From positions 20,001 through 268,000 of the forward strand of contig VRVR01000022.1 in NCBI GenBank assembly GCA_009859145.1: 248,000 nucleotides of DNA, given 5' to 3'. Positions within the stretch are counted from its first letter, which is position 1, and every line of letters begins with the position of its first letter. The notes below the pieces were generated by a model, which worked only from the letters and a program-made list of their open reading frames with translations, ran no database searches and was not told the DNA's origin. The stretch is from Andalucia godoyi And28. Its lineage: Eukaryota; Protista; Jakobida. Positions 194,101-205,285 of the stretch are shown here, piece after piece. A program made the translations under genes and the position numbers.

Positions 194101-195515
194101 ATTGCATACTGAGCAGGAATGCGCGTCGTGGGCAGCGCGCGGCGATGGGCCTCCTTCAGCAATGCAGACACCGAGTCCAACCCATTCTCATCGTGCATCG
194201 CTTTCAAGTGCTGCAAAAGCTCCCGTACAGATTCAAAACCAGTCGCCACCCCGCCTCCCTTTCCCTCCACCCCTTTTACGCGAGCAGAGTGCATTCCGCC
194301 TGTCGGTTCATCAATCCATTCTGACGGGACTGGAGAGACGGACTTTGACACTGCATTTTGCGGTGGCAGCCGCAACTGCGAAGGGACGGGTGACGGGGAT
194401 TTGGCAGCGGAAGGGGAAGCACCGCATTCCCGCGGAGTCGGCTCAGCCGATAGCGTTCCGGTCTCATTGCCAAATACTCCTTGCTTCTGGGAAAAGCCTG
194501 TTTTCTTTTCAATTTGTCTGCGCCGGCGATCAGACGAATCAATATCTCTGCGATGCGACATGTCCCTCCAGGGTCTGGCGTCAAAGAGACCTTTGTCAAT
194601 TTTGCTTGCGATCATGGACATTGGAGTGTCTCCGTTCTTATGCGGAGTTCTTGCATCTGTGGATATCAACAATTCGGGAGGGACTGACGAGGAGCGCGGC
194701 GGTCCGCGACCAAGCATCTCTTGCGAGCCATCTTCGGTGTATCGAGGAGTGGACGGGTCTTTGGGAGTCAGAAATTGTTTCACTCGCTCCGCACTGGATG
194801 CTGAGTATCCATCGGGACCGCATGACCGACCAGTGCTCGCCGGCGAATCCCCAACGAGATCCTCGAACTCTTTATCTGCGTTTGTTGGTTCAGGAAACAC
194901 CTCGTCTCCGTCAAGCGGAAGCCCGTGGGGCCCGGCTTCACCGTGCTCTCCATCTGACGGATTCGGCAAGCGCACAGAATTGATATAGGCGAGCACGGAA
195001 TCTAAGGGAGGTTCTGCAGATGTTTCTTCTTGAGGATCGTCCCACGATGAAACCTCCGGGAAGAATCCAGGATCTGATCGTGCCGAATCAAGACCGGGAA
195101 GAGCAAAAGATACCCGAGAGGTCTTCCTTTCTAAGCTGGTCACGGACGACGCTGGGTCTTCCGAGTCTACGCTTTCCCGAGGTTGCATGCTGGATGGATC
195201 CGGCTCAACGAATGCTGGAGCGACAATGGACTCTGAATTCCCGCGAGGACGGCCAATTCTCGGCAATCGACTGGATTCGTCAATGTTGCTGTTGCGAATC
195301 TCCATTTGCGATACTGCTCTTTTCTTTCGTGTTGCTTGCGAATGCTTGTCGAAAGTCGCTGGCTCTACATAATACAACGCGTGCGAGCGATCGTTTGAAG
195401 GAACCCGCAATGGCTGCGGAGACTTTGACCGTCGCTTATTCCACGTTTCAAATACATTATTGATCGTGCGTTCAGCGTGAGACGTCGATTTCATGCTGTT
195501 TGGTGATGGAAACAT
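191079..195515 (-). CDS. large coiled-coil protein with axonemal dynein light-chain (p28-like) domain
   Basis: FSELVRQVWVHCAERGVLLEKV. Confidence 0.65.
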   Translation of the reverse strand: MFPSPNSMKSTSHAERTINNVFETWNKRRSKSPQPLRVPSNDRSHALYYVEPATFDKHSQATRKKRAVSQMEIRNSNIDESSRLPRIGRPRGNSESIVAPAFVEPDPSSMQPRESVDSEDPASSVTSLERKTSRVSFALPGLDSARSDPGFFPEVSSWDDPQEETSAEPPLDSVLAYINSVRLPNPSDGEHGEAGPHGLPLDGDEVFPEPTNADKEFEDLVGDSPASTGRSCGPDGYSASSAERVKQFLTPKDPSTPRYTEDGSQEMLGRGPPRSSSVPPELLISTDARTPHKNGDTPMSMIASKIDKGLFDARPWRDMSHRRDIDSSDRRRRQIEKKTGFSQKQGVFGNETGTLSAEPTPRECGASPSAAKSPSPVPSQLRLPPQNAVSKSVSPVPSEWIDEPTGGMHSARVKGVEGKGGGVATGFESVRELLQHLKAMHDENGLDSVSALLKEAHRRALPTTRIPAQYAMVEESPLRASWNDGEANVEPHFDALSPGRLLKWKKTIFPSNAPASRVDVLLLARAYKMMMDDVLNSEEGKDRTRESVDVLNLEDLASMGDAELLKKAEDLHSDWIDAVLSSTTVAVEQVRRQLESQLAVEDLCFSELVRQVWVHCAERGVLLEKVKGAYDSHLQTSLRALQAVSKLCKGRIQQVAEAVRSSEREKVRMDNRAIAQKQILVELKKEVMQKDALLASLQDKLKRTEQQVQMLMEDRPVFTDSACQMSPRGILTSFSIGKPIGVQVDPLPSKDGAAECRSLRRMRYVTDAVDDMLLRVLPADSQQWPALRIWRQDEVHGHDDLERYVLKDHRALFADDFVGDTLEQWYTAIESRVRAAMSVFPSQEQIAQLQSDYEAVRQDIIAARAELQSNVSQIVSIVQTVQKEFGEEKKDWSDQIIGIRKVLQRAVREIKVAPEQPRNAEGGDFVAQEGELPDFFDDEALPAEKNKGVARVELMIKELDYLLDRVEGWGGSTTKSGAKRKRASSAQDKLASIVERLNDLKDKQAELGKEFKQDVKELPVGSATHPARSAADPAGARRRLHSRISSAFGMIEISHKAVQTDAFEIPSTAKKVKGKKVRTLLAESALGIIPEQGDADADFNNFDRARGGKMNSSELLAEGEDQKNNRKEPASASSTKTPRGLHVASSEVPPGLTVEHSTPRIVAARQQPESRYERNQRLLAVFKKFKTSKSKSILWILRLVHVLLKEKVLWDAAAVREGKPEDHVSMPYFVFEFMRQQYGTHLLVDQYVGHLVATVEQHRKTEPFVEIFSKFLSEEWSTRCWELFVVAKRYVEESPSGLLFMISPSGSAISVNRAVADNPNNKNAYVKVVSVRRVLTILDALLTHLEATHVDAEIFLKEVGFKVAEIARQHPVTHEEVSRSVQNKYASAIGALAVSSSSVSNMLGGNQHGATSEKLVSEMMKNEENDECNRFAITIPEFLLHLCAIFHAKETRQSTEEEIYSVSTENSTNQLDDLQIPQ

Positions 195516-195543
195516 TCACGCCGCAAAAGCACACACACACACA

Positions 195544-195606
<63 letters not shown>

Positions 195607-196142
195607 ACTTCCTGACTGACACACGCTGGCACACTGAAGAAAGGAATCAACGCGGGAGTAATTGCAACGCAGACTGAGTGACCTGGGTTAGAATGTACTG
195701 CGACGACGACAAACGCTCACCGTGCTGTGCAACAAGGGAAATAAAGTGAGGATGTTATGTACTAGACAAATATATGACACCGCGATATCGGTTATTGAAT
195801 AAATTACAAATTACAAATTTTTGCTCTCTGAAGACGAAAATGAACGCTTTCAGAACTCTGTTTTTGCAAAAACAAACGGATATGGCATCGTTGGGGGCAT
195901 TGTGGATTCGATGCCGGAACGGGCAGCTTCCATCAACGGCAACTGATGTCATAGCAGACATGAAAACAGTACGAGCACTCTAATAAACCACTGGAGAATG
196001 ACAGAAGCACCAATCGACCTGTCTCACTCCCTTCACACACACACACACACACACATATACATACATACATACATACATACATACATAGCTTCTCTCTATC
196101 CAAGTGGATGATGCAACAGAGAACTGAACGAGGGGACTCTGA

Positions 196143-197168
196143 TTAGATGCTGCTGTCATCGATGTTTGCATAGGGAACTTCCATTCCGGCGTACTCATCA
196201 TCATCATCATCCTCATCATCACCACCACCACCGTCACCGATTTCATTGCCGTTTTCGTCTGCTTGCCCGTCTTCGGCTCCCCCCGCTTGAAAATCGTGGA
196301 AATGACGTTCGGTATGCTGGAACGTAGCTTCGGCATTCAGGCTAGCTGCAGAGGAATGATAGAGCATTGATGAGTGTGCCACTGTCCCCATTTCCGTACG
196401 GAGCTTCATGGTTGAGCACGATGCGCCAATGTCTTTCGATCGGTGTCTCTTTGCTGGATGAATAGAGTTCCGCAACCAGATCACGTGCTCCAAGTTCGCG
196501 GCATACACGTCCACGTTCGACGACGTGCGGACCACCATGTGCGACGTCAGAGAAGCTGGTTCAAAATACGGGCTTACGACAAATGCATTCAAAACTGCAG
196601 CATCCAGGAAAACTGTGTACAGAAAAGCCTTTTCTTCAGCAAAGTAGTTAAAAATCATGTCCAAGTGCGGATTGTGGTACGGCCCAGAAGCATCGCCTGC
196701 TGCCAGCCGCATTTCTTCGAGCACTGTCCAATGATAGTCATCCAGTCTAATTAAAGAGATGGGAGTGTTTCTCTTTTGTGTTGCGAACGTAATGTATAGC
196801 CCATACAAAATTCCAGTTCTTGAGAATGCACACGTGAAAACATCAAGACTGAACACAATGCAACGAAATACGGTGTCCAAGTACTCGTTGCTGTTCACGT
196901 CTTCTGGGCAGAACTGATGCACAAGGTACATTCCCGTGGACTTCCAAAGAGCCTTGAATGCTTGAAACTCTCTTGTTTGCAGCGGAACCCACTTAGCCGC
197001 TATGAATCCCGCGAAATCGAGAAAAAACGGGAACACGGGCTGTTTGAACTCGCGCGGTCGGTAAGGTTTTTCCACGCACACTGACGGTTTCCATGCTTTT
197101 AGTCGTTCCAGCAACGAAGCTCGTGTTTGCAAATCATTCAGCTGTCCACCCCCAGACACGCTCGACAT
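196143..197168 (-). CDS. SNAPc subunit 1 (SNAP43)-like
   Basis: FQAFKALW, GILYGLYITF.TQ. Confidence 0.55.
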   Translation of the reverse strand: MSSVSGGGQLNDLQTRASLLERLKAWKPSVCVEKPYRPREFKQPVFPFFLDFAGFIAAKWVPLQTREFQAFKALWKSTGMYLVHQFCPEDVNSNEYLDTVFRCIVFSLDVFTCAFSRTGILYGLYITFATQKRNTPISLIRLDDYHWTVLEEMRLAAGDASGPYHNPHLDMIFNYFAEEKAFLYTVFLDAAVLNAFVVSPYFEPASLTSHMVVRTSSNVDVYAANLEHVIWLRNSIHPAKRHRSKDIGASCSTMKLRTEMGTVAHSSMLYHSSAASLNAEATFQHTERHFHDFQAGGAEDGQADENGNEIGDGGGGDDEDDDDDEYAGMEVPYANIDDSSI

Positions 197169-197480
197169 CCTAACTCGGCGTTTCTCTGTGTATATGGATA
197201 GACTGGGCCGCATGTACGCGTCTTTCTTGGATGTATGCTTTTATGAAACAGCTGACGATGTGGTGCACATTCCCTTGAGGTCGCTGACTGTCAACCCTGC
197301 TCTGTCTTTTGCTTCTGCGTCTCTCTGCGTGTCTTTCTTCTTCTTTAGTATTGTAATTATGAATATATTCTTTCTATGTATTCTTTTGTTTTTGTTTTGT
197401 TTTTGTTTTTCCTTTTTGTTCTGGTCTTTGTTTGGTTTTTGTGACAGACTGGCTCTGAACCTCGAGGCGTGTCGTGAGCA

Positions 197481-199223
197481 ATGAGTAGTGAAGAAGAGCT
197501 ATGGAATCGGGTTCGCAGCGAGCCTCAGAACTTTGCGGCCTGGGCTTCGTTGCTTGAATTCTATGCTTCACAAGACGCATTTGCTGTGGCAGATCGCTAT
197601 CGCCAAGCATTTGTAGAGTTTTTTGGCGAGTTCCCGCTTTCATACGGATACTGGAAGGTCCATGCGGATTTTGAATCGCAAATTGGGGGCTGGCAAGCAG
197701 GACTTGCTGTCTTTGAACGCGCGGTTTCTGCAAATCCTCATCAGATTGAAATCTGGCTGTATTTTGTGGGGTTTCTGCAGCAACATTCCGAGCAAATTAA
197801 CAAAACTACAGGATCTGATACTGCTGCGCGGGACCGAATTCGATCTGTGTTTGCGGATGCCATCAAGAACGTAGGCTTGCAGTTTATTTCATCACCGGTG
197901 TGGGACTCTGCAATCGCCTTTGAAGCATCGCAGCAGGATTATGAAGGGGCGATCCGGCTGTTGAAGCAGGCATCATCCTCCGTCCTGCCAGATGTTGAAA
198001 AGTACTGGGAATCCCTGAAACAGTATGTTGAAGCGCGGTCAGTTGTCGAATGCATGGGAGGTTCTCACGCTCTCGAGCAGTTTTATGCAGCGCACGGCCA
198101 TCTGGAGGATGCACAGACGAAGACAGTTGTGTTGCAGTTGTGTGAAGAGCCTCATCGATTGGCTGTCGAAGAGGTTGCGCGTCGGCGGAAATTCGAAGGA
198201 GGAGTCAGAAGATCGTTTTTCCATCCGCAGCCGCTCGACAGCCACGAAATCGCCAACTGGCACAAGTACCTTGATTGGGAGGAGATGCATGGGTCCGAAG
198301 ATCGTGCAAAGAGTTTGTACGGAAGGTGTCTGATTCCGTGTGCCACGTATTCTGACTTTTGGCAACGATACGTCGGGTACCTTGAGAGTAAGGGTCGAGT
198401 TGAGGAGGCGCGAGAAGCAAACGGCAGAGCGCTTCGAACATTTTTCAAGTTGCGACCGCCGTTTTATCATTTTGTGTGTGATTTTGAAGAGGCACAGGGG
198501 AATCCGGAGCATTCAAAAGCGCTGTATGAGCATGTTATCAAGTACTTTTCGCCTGTGCATGTCGCCACTGTGGTCCGATGTGCATATTTTTATAGAAGGC
198601 AGGCAGACGAAGCATCGAGTCGCCAAGTTTTCACGGATGCACTGTCGAGGACTGCAGACGATCGAGACACGTTTTCGCGTATTTCTTTTGAATTTGGGCG
198701 ATTTGCTGCGGAGATTCTGCGGGATTTGGGGCTTGTGCGGTGGGTATTTCATCAAGCGCTCCCACGGTCACCTAATCCTCGTTTGCTGGCTGCTGCTTAT
198801 GCAAAGTATGAGGAGCAATTATCGGGCGATGCGTATGCTCTCTATGAAGACTTGATCGCTGGGAGGCTTTCTGCTTCTGTTGATCTTCCATTCTCTCGAA
198901 AAGACCGCGCATTCTTGTGCCAAGCGTACATTTCTTTGCTGCTGAAAGACAACCAGTTGCAAAAACTTCGGCCGGTACAACTGCTGCTGGACCGTCTGAC
199001 GACGGAGTTGCATGCGCAAGAAGTTCCTAGTGCCTCTCCGGCAGCTCCAGAGCAGCAACGCGTTGCTCGACCCGACATTGCAGTTCCGACCAGCGTCGGA
199101 ACCCCCGAGCAAGAAGCGATTATGCGACAGTGGCAACTGTACTGGAGCCAGAACCCGGAAGCGTACCAGCAGTACGTTCAACAGTACTATGCCCAGTACG
199201 GACAGCAGCCTCCGCAATCGTGA
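197481..199223 (+). CDS. PRPF39: pre-mRNA processing factor 39 (HAT repeats)
   Basis: FPLSYGYWK, F.RAV, FFHPQPL..NW.KYLD, RCLIPCA.Y. Confidence 0.85.
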   Translation: MSSEEELWNRVRSEPQNFAAWASLLEFYASQDAFAVADRYRQAFVEFFGEFPLSYGYWKVHADFESQIGGWQAGLAVFERAVSANPHQIEIWLYFVGFLQQHSEQINKTTGSDTAARDRIRSVFADAIKNVGLQFISSPVWDSAIAFEASQQDYEGAIRLLKQASSSVLPDVEKYWESLKQYVEARSVVECMGGSHALEQFYAAHGHLEDAQTKTVVLQLCEEPHRLAVEEVARRRKFEGGVRRSFFHPQPLDSHEIANWHKYLDWEEMHGSEDRAKSLYGRCLIPCATYSDFWQRYVGYLESKGRVEEAREANGRALRTFFKLRPPFYHFVCDFEEAQGNPEHSKALYEHVIKYFSPVHVATVVRCAYFYRRQADEASSRQVFTDALSRTADDRDTFSRISFEFGRFAAEILRDLGLVRWVFHQALPRSPNPRLLAAAYAKYEEQLSGDAYALYEDLIAGRLSASVDLPFSRKDRAFLCQAYISLLLKDNQLQKLRPVQLLLDRLTTELHAQEVPSASPAAPEQQRVARPDIAVPTSVGTPEQEAIMRQWQLYWSQNPEAYQQYVQQYYAQYGQQPPQS

Positions 199224-199329
199224 CGGTTGTTATGATTATTCTGAAAATTAAAAAGAAAAGCCCTACAAATGGCCATTGGTGGGTGAGATTTACGTCAACA
199301 AGTATGGTGGTGCCTGTACGTGCTTCCAA

Positions 199330-200409
199330 TCAATCTAATAGAGACGCATCCTGCAGATTCTGTCGTAGGAGAATATTTCGGACAGCATTGAGCACGACTC
199401 TAATTTGCTTTGTGTCTGTGGCGCACGTGATGTGCACGTACAGCGACCGGTCCTTGCTCTTGTTTTGCTCCAGGAATCGTTCCTCGATATATCGGACAGC
199501 CGAGTCAAAATCAAAGCCCCCCGCATAATCCGGAAAACACGTCTTGAGATCCACTCGTTTGATTTTCTCCGCAAACAGATCGCACTTGTTCAGGAAGATG
199601 ATGATGGACGTCTTTTGGAAGACGTCGTAGTTGCAAACTGTGTTGAACAGCTTGAGGGAATCCCACATTCTGTTTGTCGTCTCATCTTCGGCGAGCTTCT
199701 GATCATACTCGGAGAGTGACGTAACGAAAATGATACCTGTCACCTCGTTGAAACAATGAATCCATTTCCTTCGCTCGTTCTGCTGCCCACCAACATCCAC
199801 CATCTTGAACCTGAAGCCATCAATCATAAACTCCTCCTCATGAATACCCACAGTCTTCACTCGGCTTCTCAGCACGTCGTCCTGGGTGGGAACATAACCA
199901 GCCTCCGTAAGCCGAGCCACATTCTTGATGAAATACTCAGCAGAGTCGTTAATTTGGAACTCGGAGCGTCTGGAGTACGCTGCTTGCACACCTCGGTCTT
200001 TCCACAAGGCAGTAATATCAGCACTAAGTTGCGGGGTCAGGACTTTCGATGGATTTGCGACAATCAGCTGATCAGGGATCGCCATAATGCGCTCAGCCCG
200101 GCCTCTGTTTTCTTCCGACTCGAGAGGAATCCGAAGTCGGGCAGTCGCTGCAATCAAACTCTTGATGCTCTGGAGGGTGTTTGCATATACAACATCGCGA
200201 TACATAAGACACTCCTGCTTCGTGTATCCTTGTCTGTGCATGATCTGCATCTGCTTGAAGATCGTGCTCTTTCCAGACTCGCCAGCTCCAAGCAGAAGGA
200301 GCTTGATGACCGCCTGCTGTTTCTTTGTTTCTGTCTTCATTAGCTTTTCAATGTTCTTGTCTCGGGACTTCGCCTCTGCATTCTCCGGCGTCGAAGATCC
200401 ACAGCCCAT
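199330..200409 (-). CDS. heterotrimeric G-protein alpha subunit
   Basis: MGCGSS, GAGESGKST, DVGGQ, NKCD, TCATDT. Confidence 0.95.
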   Translation of the reverse strand: MGCGSSTPENAEAKSRDKNIEKLMKTETKKQQAVIKLLLLGAGESGKSTIFKQMQIMHRQGYTKQECLMYRDVVYANTLQSIKSLIAATARLRIPLESEENRGRAERIMAIPDQLIVANPSKVLTPQLSADITALWKDRGVQAAYSRRSEFQINDSAEYFIKNVARLTEAGYVPTQDDVLRSRVKTVGIHEEEFMIDGFRFKMVDVGGQQNERRKWIHCFNEVTGIIFVTSLSEYDQKLAEDETTNRMWDSLKLFNTVCNYDVFQKTSIIIFLNKCDLFAEKIKRVDLKTCFPDYAGGFDFDSAVRYIEERFLEQNKSKDRSLYVHITCATDTKQIRVVLNAVRNILLRQNLQDASLLD

Positions 200410-200968
200410 TTCCAGCCAATACGAAACAAGCAAAAGGAAAAAGGAAATAACTATCAAAATTAGCCCGGATGAGGAATAGCCACAGCAAAGATAACAATAA
200501 CTACAGTAATAGTAAGAACAAATAATAGCAATATATATATATATAATGATGATAACCAAAAATGAATGACAATGAAGATAATAAACGTGATAGGAATGAT
200601 GACAGCACTGAAGTGGGTGTTGAGACGAGTGAAGCGTACCGCTGCGGAAACTGACTGTGTCCGAGTCTGTGCTTTGGGCTTCCTCAATTATTTTGCCAGA
200701 TGTTTGCTGTCATGACTGTCATTCCTCGGATGTACCAGCGTCAGAGCATGTCAGCCTCGTCTTGCATCAAGGCCAGTTCCCTCCAATGCACGCCCCCCCA
200801 ATTTCCCCGCCAGCGGTTTCGTCTTTTCTATTTCGTCTTTTCTATTTCGTCTTTTTCGTTTCATCTTTTGAATAAACAGCGGCCAATCAAGGCGGTAGGA
200901 ACGACGGATTCACATCCGATTCTTTTCTTCTTCTTTTTTTTTGCTTTTGCTTTTGCTGTTTCTGGAGA

Positions 200969-202363
200969 ATGTCTGCAACACAGATTGAAGAACGCGGCCA
201001 AGAAGACGACCAGCTTCTGCGACGTCTTGTGAACCATTTGGAGTTTGTCGAGGAACAGAAGGATCGGATTCAGACAGATGGAGAATTCGCGCATAAGTTG
201101 CTGAAGAGTCACAACAAGGACTTCCAGCACATTGTATCCACTCGAGAAGGAGCGCTCGACAGTGCGTTTTTGAAACAGTATTCGTCAGAGCGTGCGGAAG
201201 CCATGGCTCGCAACTACAATGCTGATATTGTGAAGACGTTTATTCATGGACTGAAAAGCAAATATCTGATTGGCGGATTGGACGAATCGACGCAGATGGT
201301 CGGCGGAAATTTGCTGGACGAAGGGTCGCACATTGTGATTGATTGGGTCAAGATCGGTGAAACATACTCGAAATTGCTGCGAAGCTGCAGAACACCGCAT
201401 TTCATGAATGGCCCGTTGGCGATTGAGCGAAAGCAACGAAAGGTTGCAGAGCGCAAGAAGAAGCCTGTTGCTCCGGAAGTGAAACCGAATGAATTCAACG
201501 CTGCCAAAGGCGACGAAAAGGTCAAGACGGATCGAGCTGTGCAGGCGCTGTACAAGGAAATCCGCTCATCTGCCGGTCGCGAGAATAAGAGATTACCGTT
201601 CTTCAGAACCGTCGTGGATCCAACGTCGTTTGCGAAGACCATTGAAAGGATCTTTCAATTTGGGTTCCTTATCAAAGATGATCGATGCGGGACTCAGGTC
201701 TCGGACGATGGGCTGTTGCAGATTTTTGTGAATGATCGACCGCAAGAAAAGGCTTCCAACGACGCTGCATCCGCCACAAACATCAAACCGAGACATCCTT
201801 CCATCTTTGTGCTGAGTGTTCCAAAATACAAGCTCATTGTGGATATGCTGAACAAAGGAGAGGAGCCCGCGAAGAACTTCTTTGATACTTTCAATTCGCA
201901 TTTCAGTGAGCAACATCCTTCGCGGAAGCTTGTGCGTCCCCCCACACGCCCGGATGGTTCGTCCCTGCTCACTCGGCCGGAGCTTTCAGAAGGGGTGTTC
202001 GATCGTGTGAATGGATCTGTCGAGCCGTCACCTGAGTCCGGGAGTTCTAGAAGGATAAAGAATGATCAAGACGATGTTGTCGACAATCGGCGTATTGCAG
202101 GAGCAGCTGGTGGTGGTGATGACGATGACGATGATGAAGACGGGGATGATATGAAATCAAAATCAAAATCCTTTGGCAGGAAGGAGGAAAAAATGGTTAT
202201 TGTGAAGAAACAGGATCCAATGGTGCCTCGCAAGCGCGTACCCGAGCGACGTGGCGCTCCGGCTCCTCTCGCCAAGAAGCGACGCTCAGCTGGAAGCTCT
202301 CATGAAAATGATGATGATGATGACAGTCAAGAGCGTCACCGTCCGAAGAAATCGCGTGTCCTC

Positions 202364-202409
<46 letters not shown>

Positions 202410-202423
202410 CGGATTACGAATGA
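200969..202423 (+). CDS. SMC5/6 kleisin NSE4
   Basis: FMNGPL, VVDPTSFAKTIERIFQFGFLIKDD. Confidence 0.8.
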
Positions 202424-202513
202424 TCATAAAACAAGTTGCTGTACAGATGTTTTCATTGGTTAAGCAATAAAGAGCAGAAGACAACGGCGAAGAAGAAGAC
202501 CCCTCCAGTCGTC

Positions 202514-204466
202514 CTAACTGTCTTTTGTTTTCTTTTCACCTCTCAAGTACGGGTGGTCATAGAGGTCTTGCACATCTGGTCGGAGGTACTGACTGGGCTC
202601 GAGACACTTGACAAGAAAATCCCTGGCTTCCTGCGAAATCTTGCATGCTTGCGGGAAATCGACGCGATTTATATTGAGAATCGTGCGATCTGCAAGAATG
202701 CGCTGCTGGGTCATATCGTGACCAAACGGGCGACGGCCCACCAGCATCTCATAAAAAATAACTCCAGTGCCCCAAACATCCACCTTGGGAGAAATCTTAG
202801 ACTGTGTTCCGAAGCATTCCGGAGGCAAGTACCAGTAGGTTCCGGCGCCTTGCGACGTCAGCTCAATCGAGTCTTGGTCTCCATCCATGATCTTTGAGAG
202901 TCCAAAGTCTGTGATCTTGATGGACCCTTTGTGCACGAGAATGTTGGCTGGCTTGAGGTCATAGTGAATGATCCGCGGCCTTTGGTCCGAGAAAAACTTG
203001 AGGGCGGTCACGATCTGGCTCACGATGGATCTTGCTTCACGTTCCGAGAGAACTCCCTTGTTGAGCTTCAGATACGTGTCAAGATCGACTCCATCACAAT
203101 ACTCGAGCACTGTGCAAAACGACGTGTGATCAATTTCAAAAACGTCATGCAATCTTACCACCCGATGATGTATCAACCTTCGATGAATCTGATACTCGCG
203201 CATTGCATGCTTGATGTAAGACTGCTTGCGCTCTTCGGACCACTGTGAGTTCAGCTGATGAATCTTGCACGCCACGCGGCGGCATTCGGTGAGATCATAC
203301 GCCTCCCACACCTCCGAAAACCCGCCCTTGCCGATGAGCCGCAGCAGGATGTACCGTTCATCCGACAGGATCGGAAATGTATTAAACATGGATCGATCTT
203401 CATCGCGCTTTCGCTTGATGTCCCGAATCAACAAGAGCTTTTGCATTTCCAATTCATCTCGCTCTGCTTGCAGCAACGCCTCTTCCTTCTTCAGATTCCA
203501 CGCTCGGAGTTTGAGGACTTCATCAACCTCGACGCAATCGACGACGTTGGACAACGGAGGCAGCATAGGAAGATCAACATTCTCGGACGGCGCAAGGATA
203601 TCGTCAAACGAAATCTGGACGTCGTCAGGGACAGGAGGTGGCCCCATTTCTTCTGAAACTACGCTATTTGTATTGCCACTGTTGTGTGTCGCTTCCTTGG
203701 ACAGCACTCTTTTCCGCGACATGACAAACTTCTTCATCTTCTCAATGCACTTTCCTTCATATTCGATGCATGCCAACCGGGTGTTGACCTCCCGAAACAT
203801 TGGGCCGTGCTCAAACATCTCAGTAAGCTCCACACCCTGACGTCGGTATACAATCTGACCGAGTCTTTGCTGTCTCTCAACCAAGTCCTTTGTTGTCTCC
203901 AATCTGGCTCGTTTGGCATGCGAGACCAGGCTTTCTCTCAAAGCACTCTGGAGCATTCTTGACTGCTGCTGCATCTTATTCTTTTCCACGATTATCTTCT
204001 GGTCGTCCATTTCTAGCGCTCGTTTCGCTGTCTCCAGCTGCTCCAACAAGAGACCCAAATTCCGTTCTTTGGCAGCCAACGTCGCCTCTCGAGCATTCAG
204101 TTGCGTATTCCTCTCATTCAGTTTCTCTGTGGAAACCCCTCCACCGTTCAACGGATTCGGAGGAGACTTGCTTACGTAATTTAGAATGGAGTTCGTTTTT
204201 CTTTCTCTCACCTGCAGGTCGTGAGAAGAACTCGACTTCTCCAACTTCTCACGCTCCGGAGCCGGATTCATCTGAGGAGTCATCTGAGGAGTCATTCCAG
204301 CAAAAGGATCCGTTCGAGACCGTTTTGAAGGAGAAGGAGAAGACCGATCCGCAAGATCTCGCTTCAAACTCTCCGGAATCGAGTCTGACCTTGCTACAAT
204401 CTCAATATGTGCTACTCCGCCGCCGCCACCACCGCTACCATGCGATCCTTCTGCAGTTCTGGACAT
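202514..204466 (-). CDS. TLK: tousled-like kinase
   Basis: LIGKGGFSEV, VACKIHQLN, HAMREY, IIHYDLKP, GAGTYWYLPPECF. Confidence 0.93.
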   Translation of the reverse strand: MSRTAEGSHGSGGGGGGVAHIEIVARSDSIPESLKRDLADRSSPSPSKRSRTDPFAGMTPQMTPQMNPAPEREKLEKSSSSHDLQVRERKTNSILNYVSKSPPNPLNGGGVSTEKLNERNTQLNAREATLAAKERNLGLLLEQLETAKRALEMDDQKIIVEKNKMQQQSRMLQSALRESLVSHAKRARLETTKDLVERQQRLGQIVYRRQGVELTEMFEHGPMFREVNTRLACIEYEGKCIEKMKKFVMSRKRVLSKEATHNSGNTNSVVSEEMGPPPVPDDVQISFDDILAPSENVDLPMLPPLSNVVDCVEVDEVLKLRAWNLKKEEALLQAERDELEMQKLLLIRDIKRKRDEDRSMFNTFPILSDERYILLRLIGKGGFSEVWEAYDLTECRRVACKIHQLNSQWSEERKQSYIKHAMREYQIHRRLIHHRVVRLHDVFEIDHTSFCTVLEYCDGVDLDTYLKLNKGVLSEREARSIVSQIVTALKFFSDQRPRIIHYDLKPANILVHKGSIKITDFGLSKIMDGDQDSIELTSQGAGTYWYLPPECFGTQSKISPKVDVWGTGVIFYEMLVGRRPFGHDMTQQRILADRTILNINRVDFPQACKISQEARDFLVKCLEPSQYLRPDVQDLYDHPYLRGEKKTKDS

Positions 204467-204918
204467 TTTTTCGGGGAAAATACTCGAAAACATCACTCAC
204501 CAAACGCAGCACAACGACAGATTGTCAACAAATCCAAAACACGCACACAAGAACAGTGTAAAGGTGAACGTGTTCCAAGAAAAGAAGATTAAGCAACCAA
204601 AAAATATTTTTAAAAAATGAATGAAGAAATATGAAGAACAGATTCTGTATTTTTAAAATCAGTAATGAAACTGCGAAACAGCTGGTTTTTGTTTTTGAAT
204701 TTCAAAAGCTTAAAGCATCATAAGACGGCATCAGGTGCGCGGGAAAGTTAGTGCAGCCGGCGGGATGTTGGGCTGCCTTTGAAGTCGCCAGCTGTCAACT
204801 GCCCAAAGTCAGAGAAAAGGGAAGCCCGTGTACGGACTACGGTCACCCCAGAACGATTACTCACTATTCATTTGGCGATTGACGATTTTTGACGATTGGG
204901 GGCGATTTTTGGTATAAC

Positions 204919-205124
204919 ACCCTCCAACCCAAACGTCTGGGTGAACGGCTGTGAATACCATCAGATACAATGAGACACTGTCGAATATTGACAACCGATT
205001 CCTTGTAAACGATCATGGCCGCTGGCGCTGACTGTAAAAAAAAAGGTCACTCTACACCAAAAAAAAATCTGTTTGAGGCGCAGCATGCGAGCCAAATGCT
205101 TGGAGAGATTTGGGTTTGGAGGGT
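204919..205124 (+). mobile_element. TIR-MITE family E, internally deleted (E4)
   Basis: ACCCTCCAACCCAAA ... TTTGGGTTTGGAGGGT. Confidence 0.75.
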
Positions 205125-205285
205125 AAACGCTGTGAATCACCGCACTTTTCTTCTTGCTGTCATTGTTCTTCATGCGAGGCTTTTCCTTTTTTTGTGGCTC
205201 GTCTTTGTTGTGTTTTATTCGTATTCTTTGCTTGGATTCTTCTTTTGGGGGTTTTGCAGGTTGCGAACGACGTTGGGGGACGCAG

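Noticed and set aside
204720-204900. Possible RNase P/MRP RNA upstream of MITE E4
   Set aside because: Conserved CR-I/CR-V pseudoknot motifs could not be identified.
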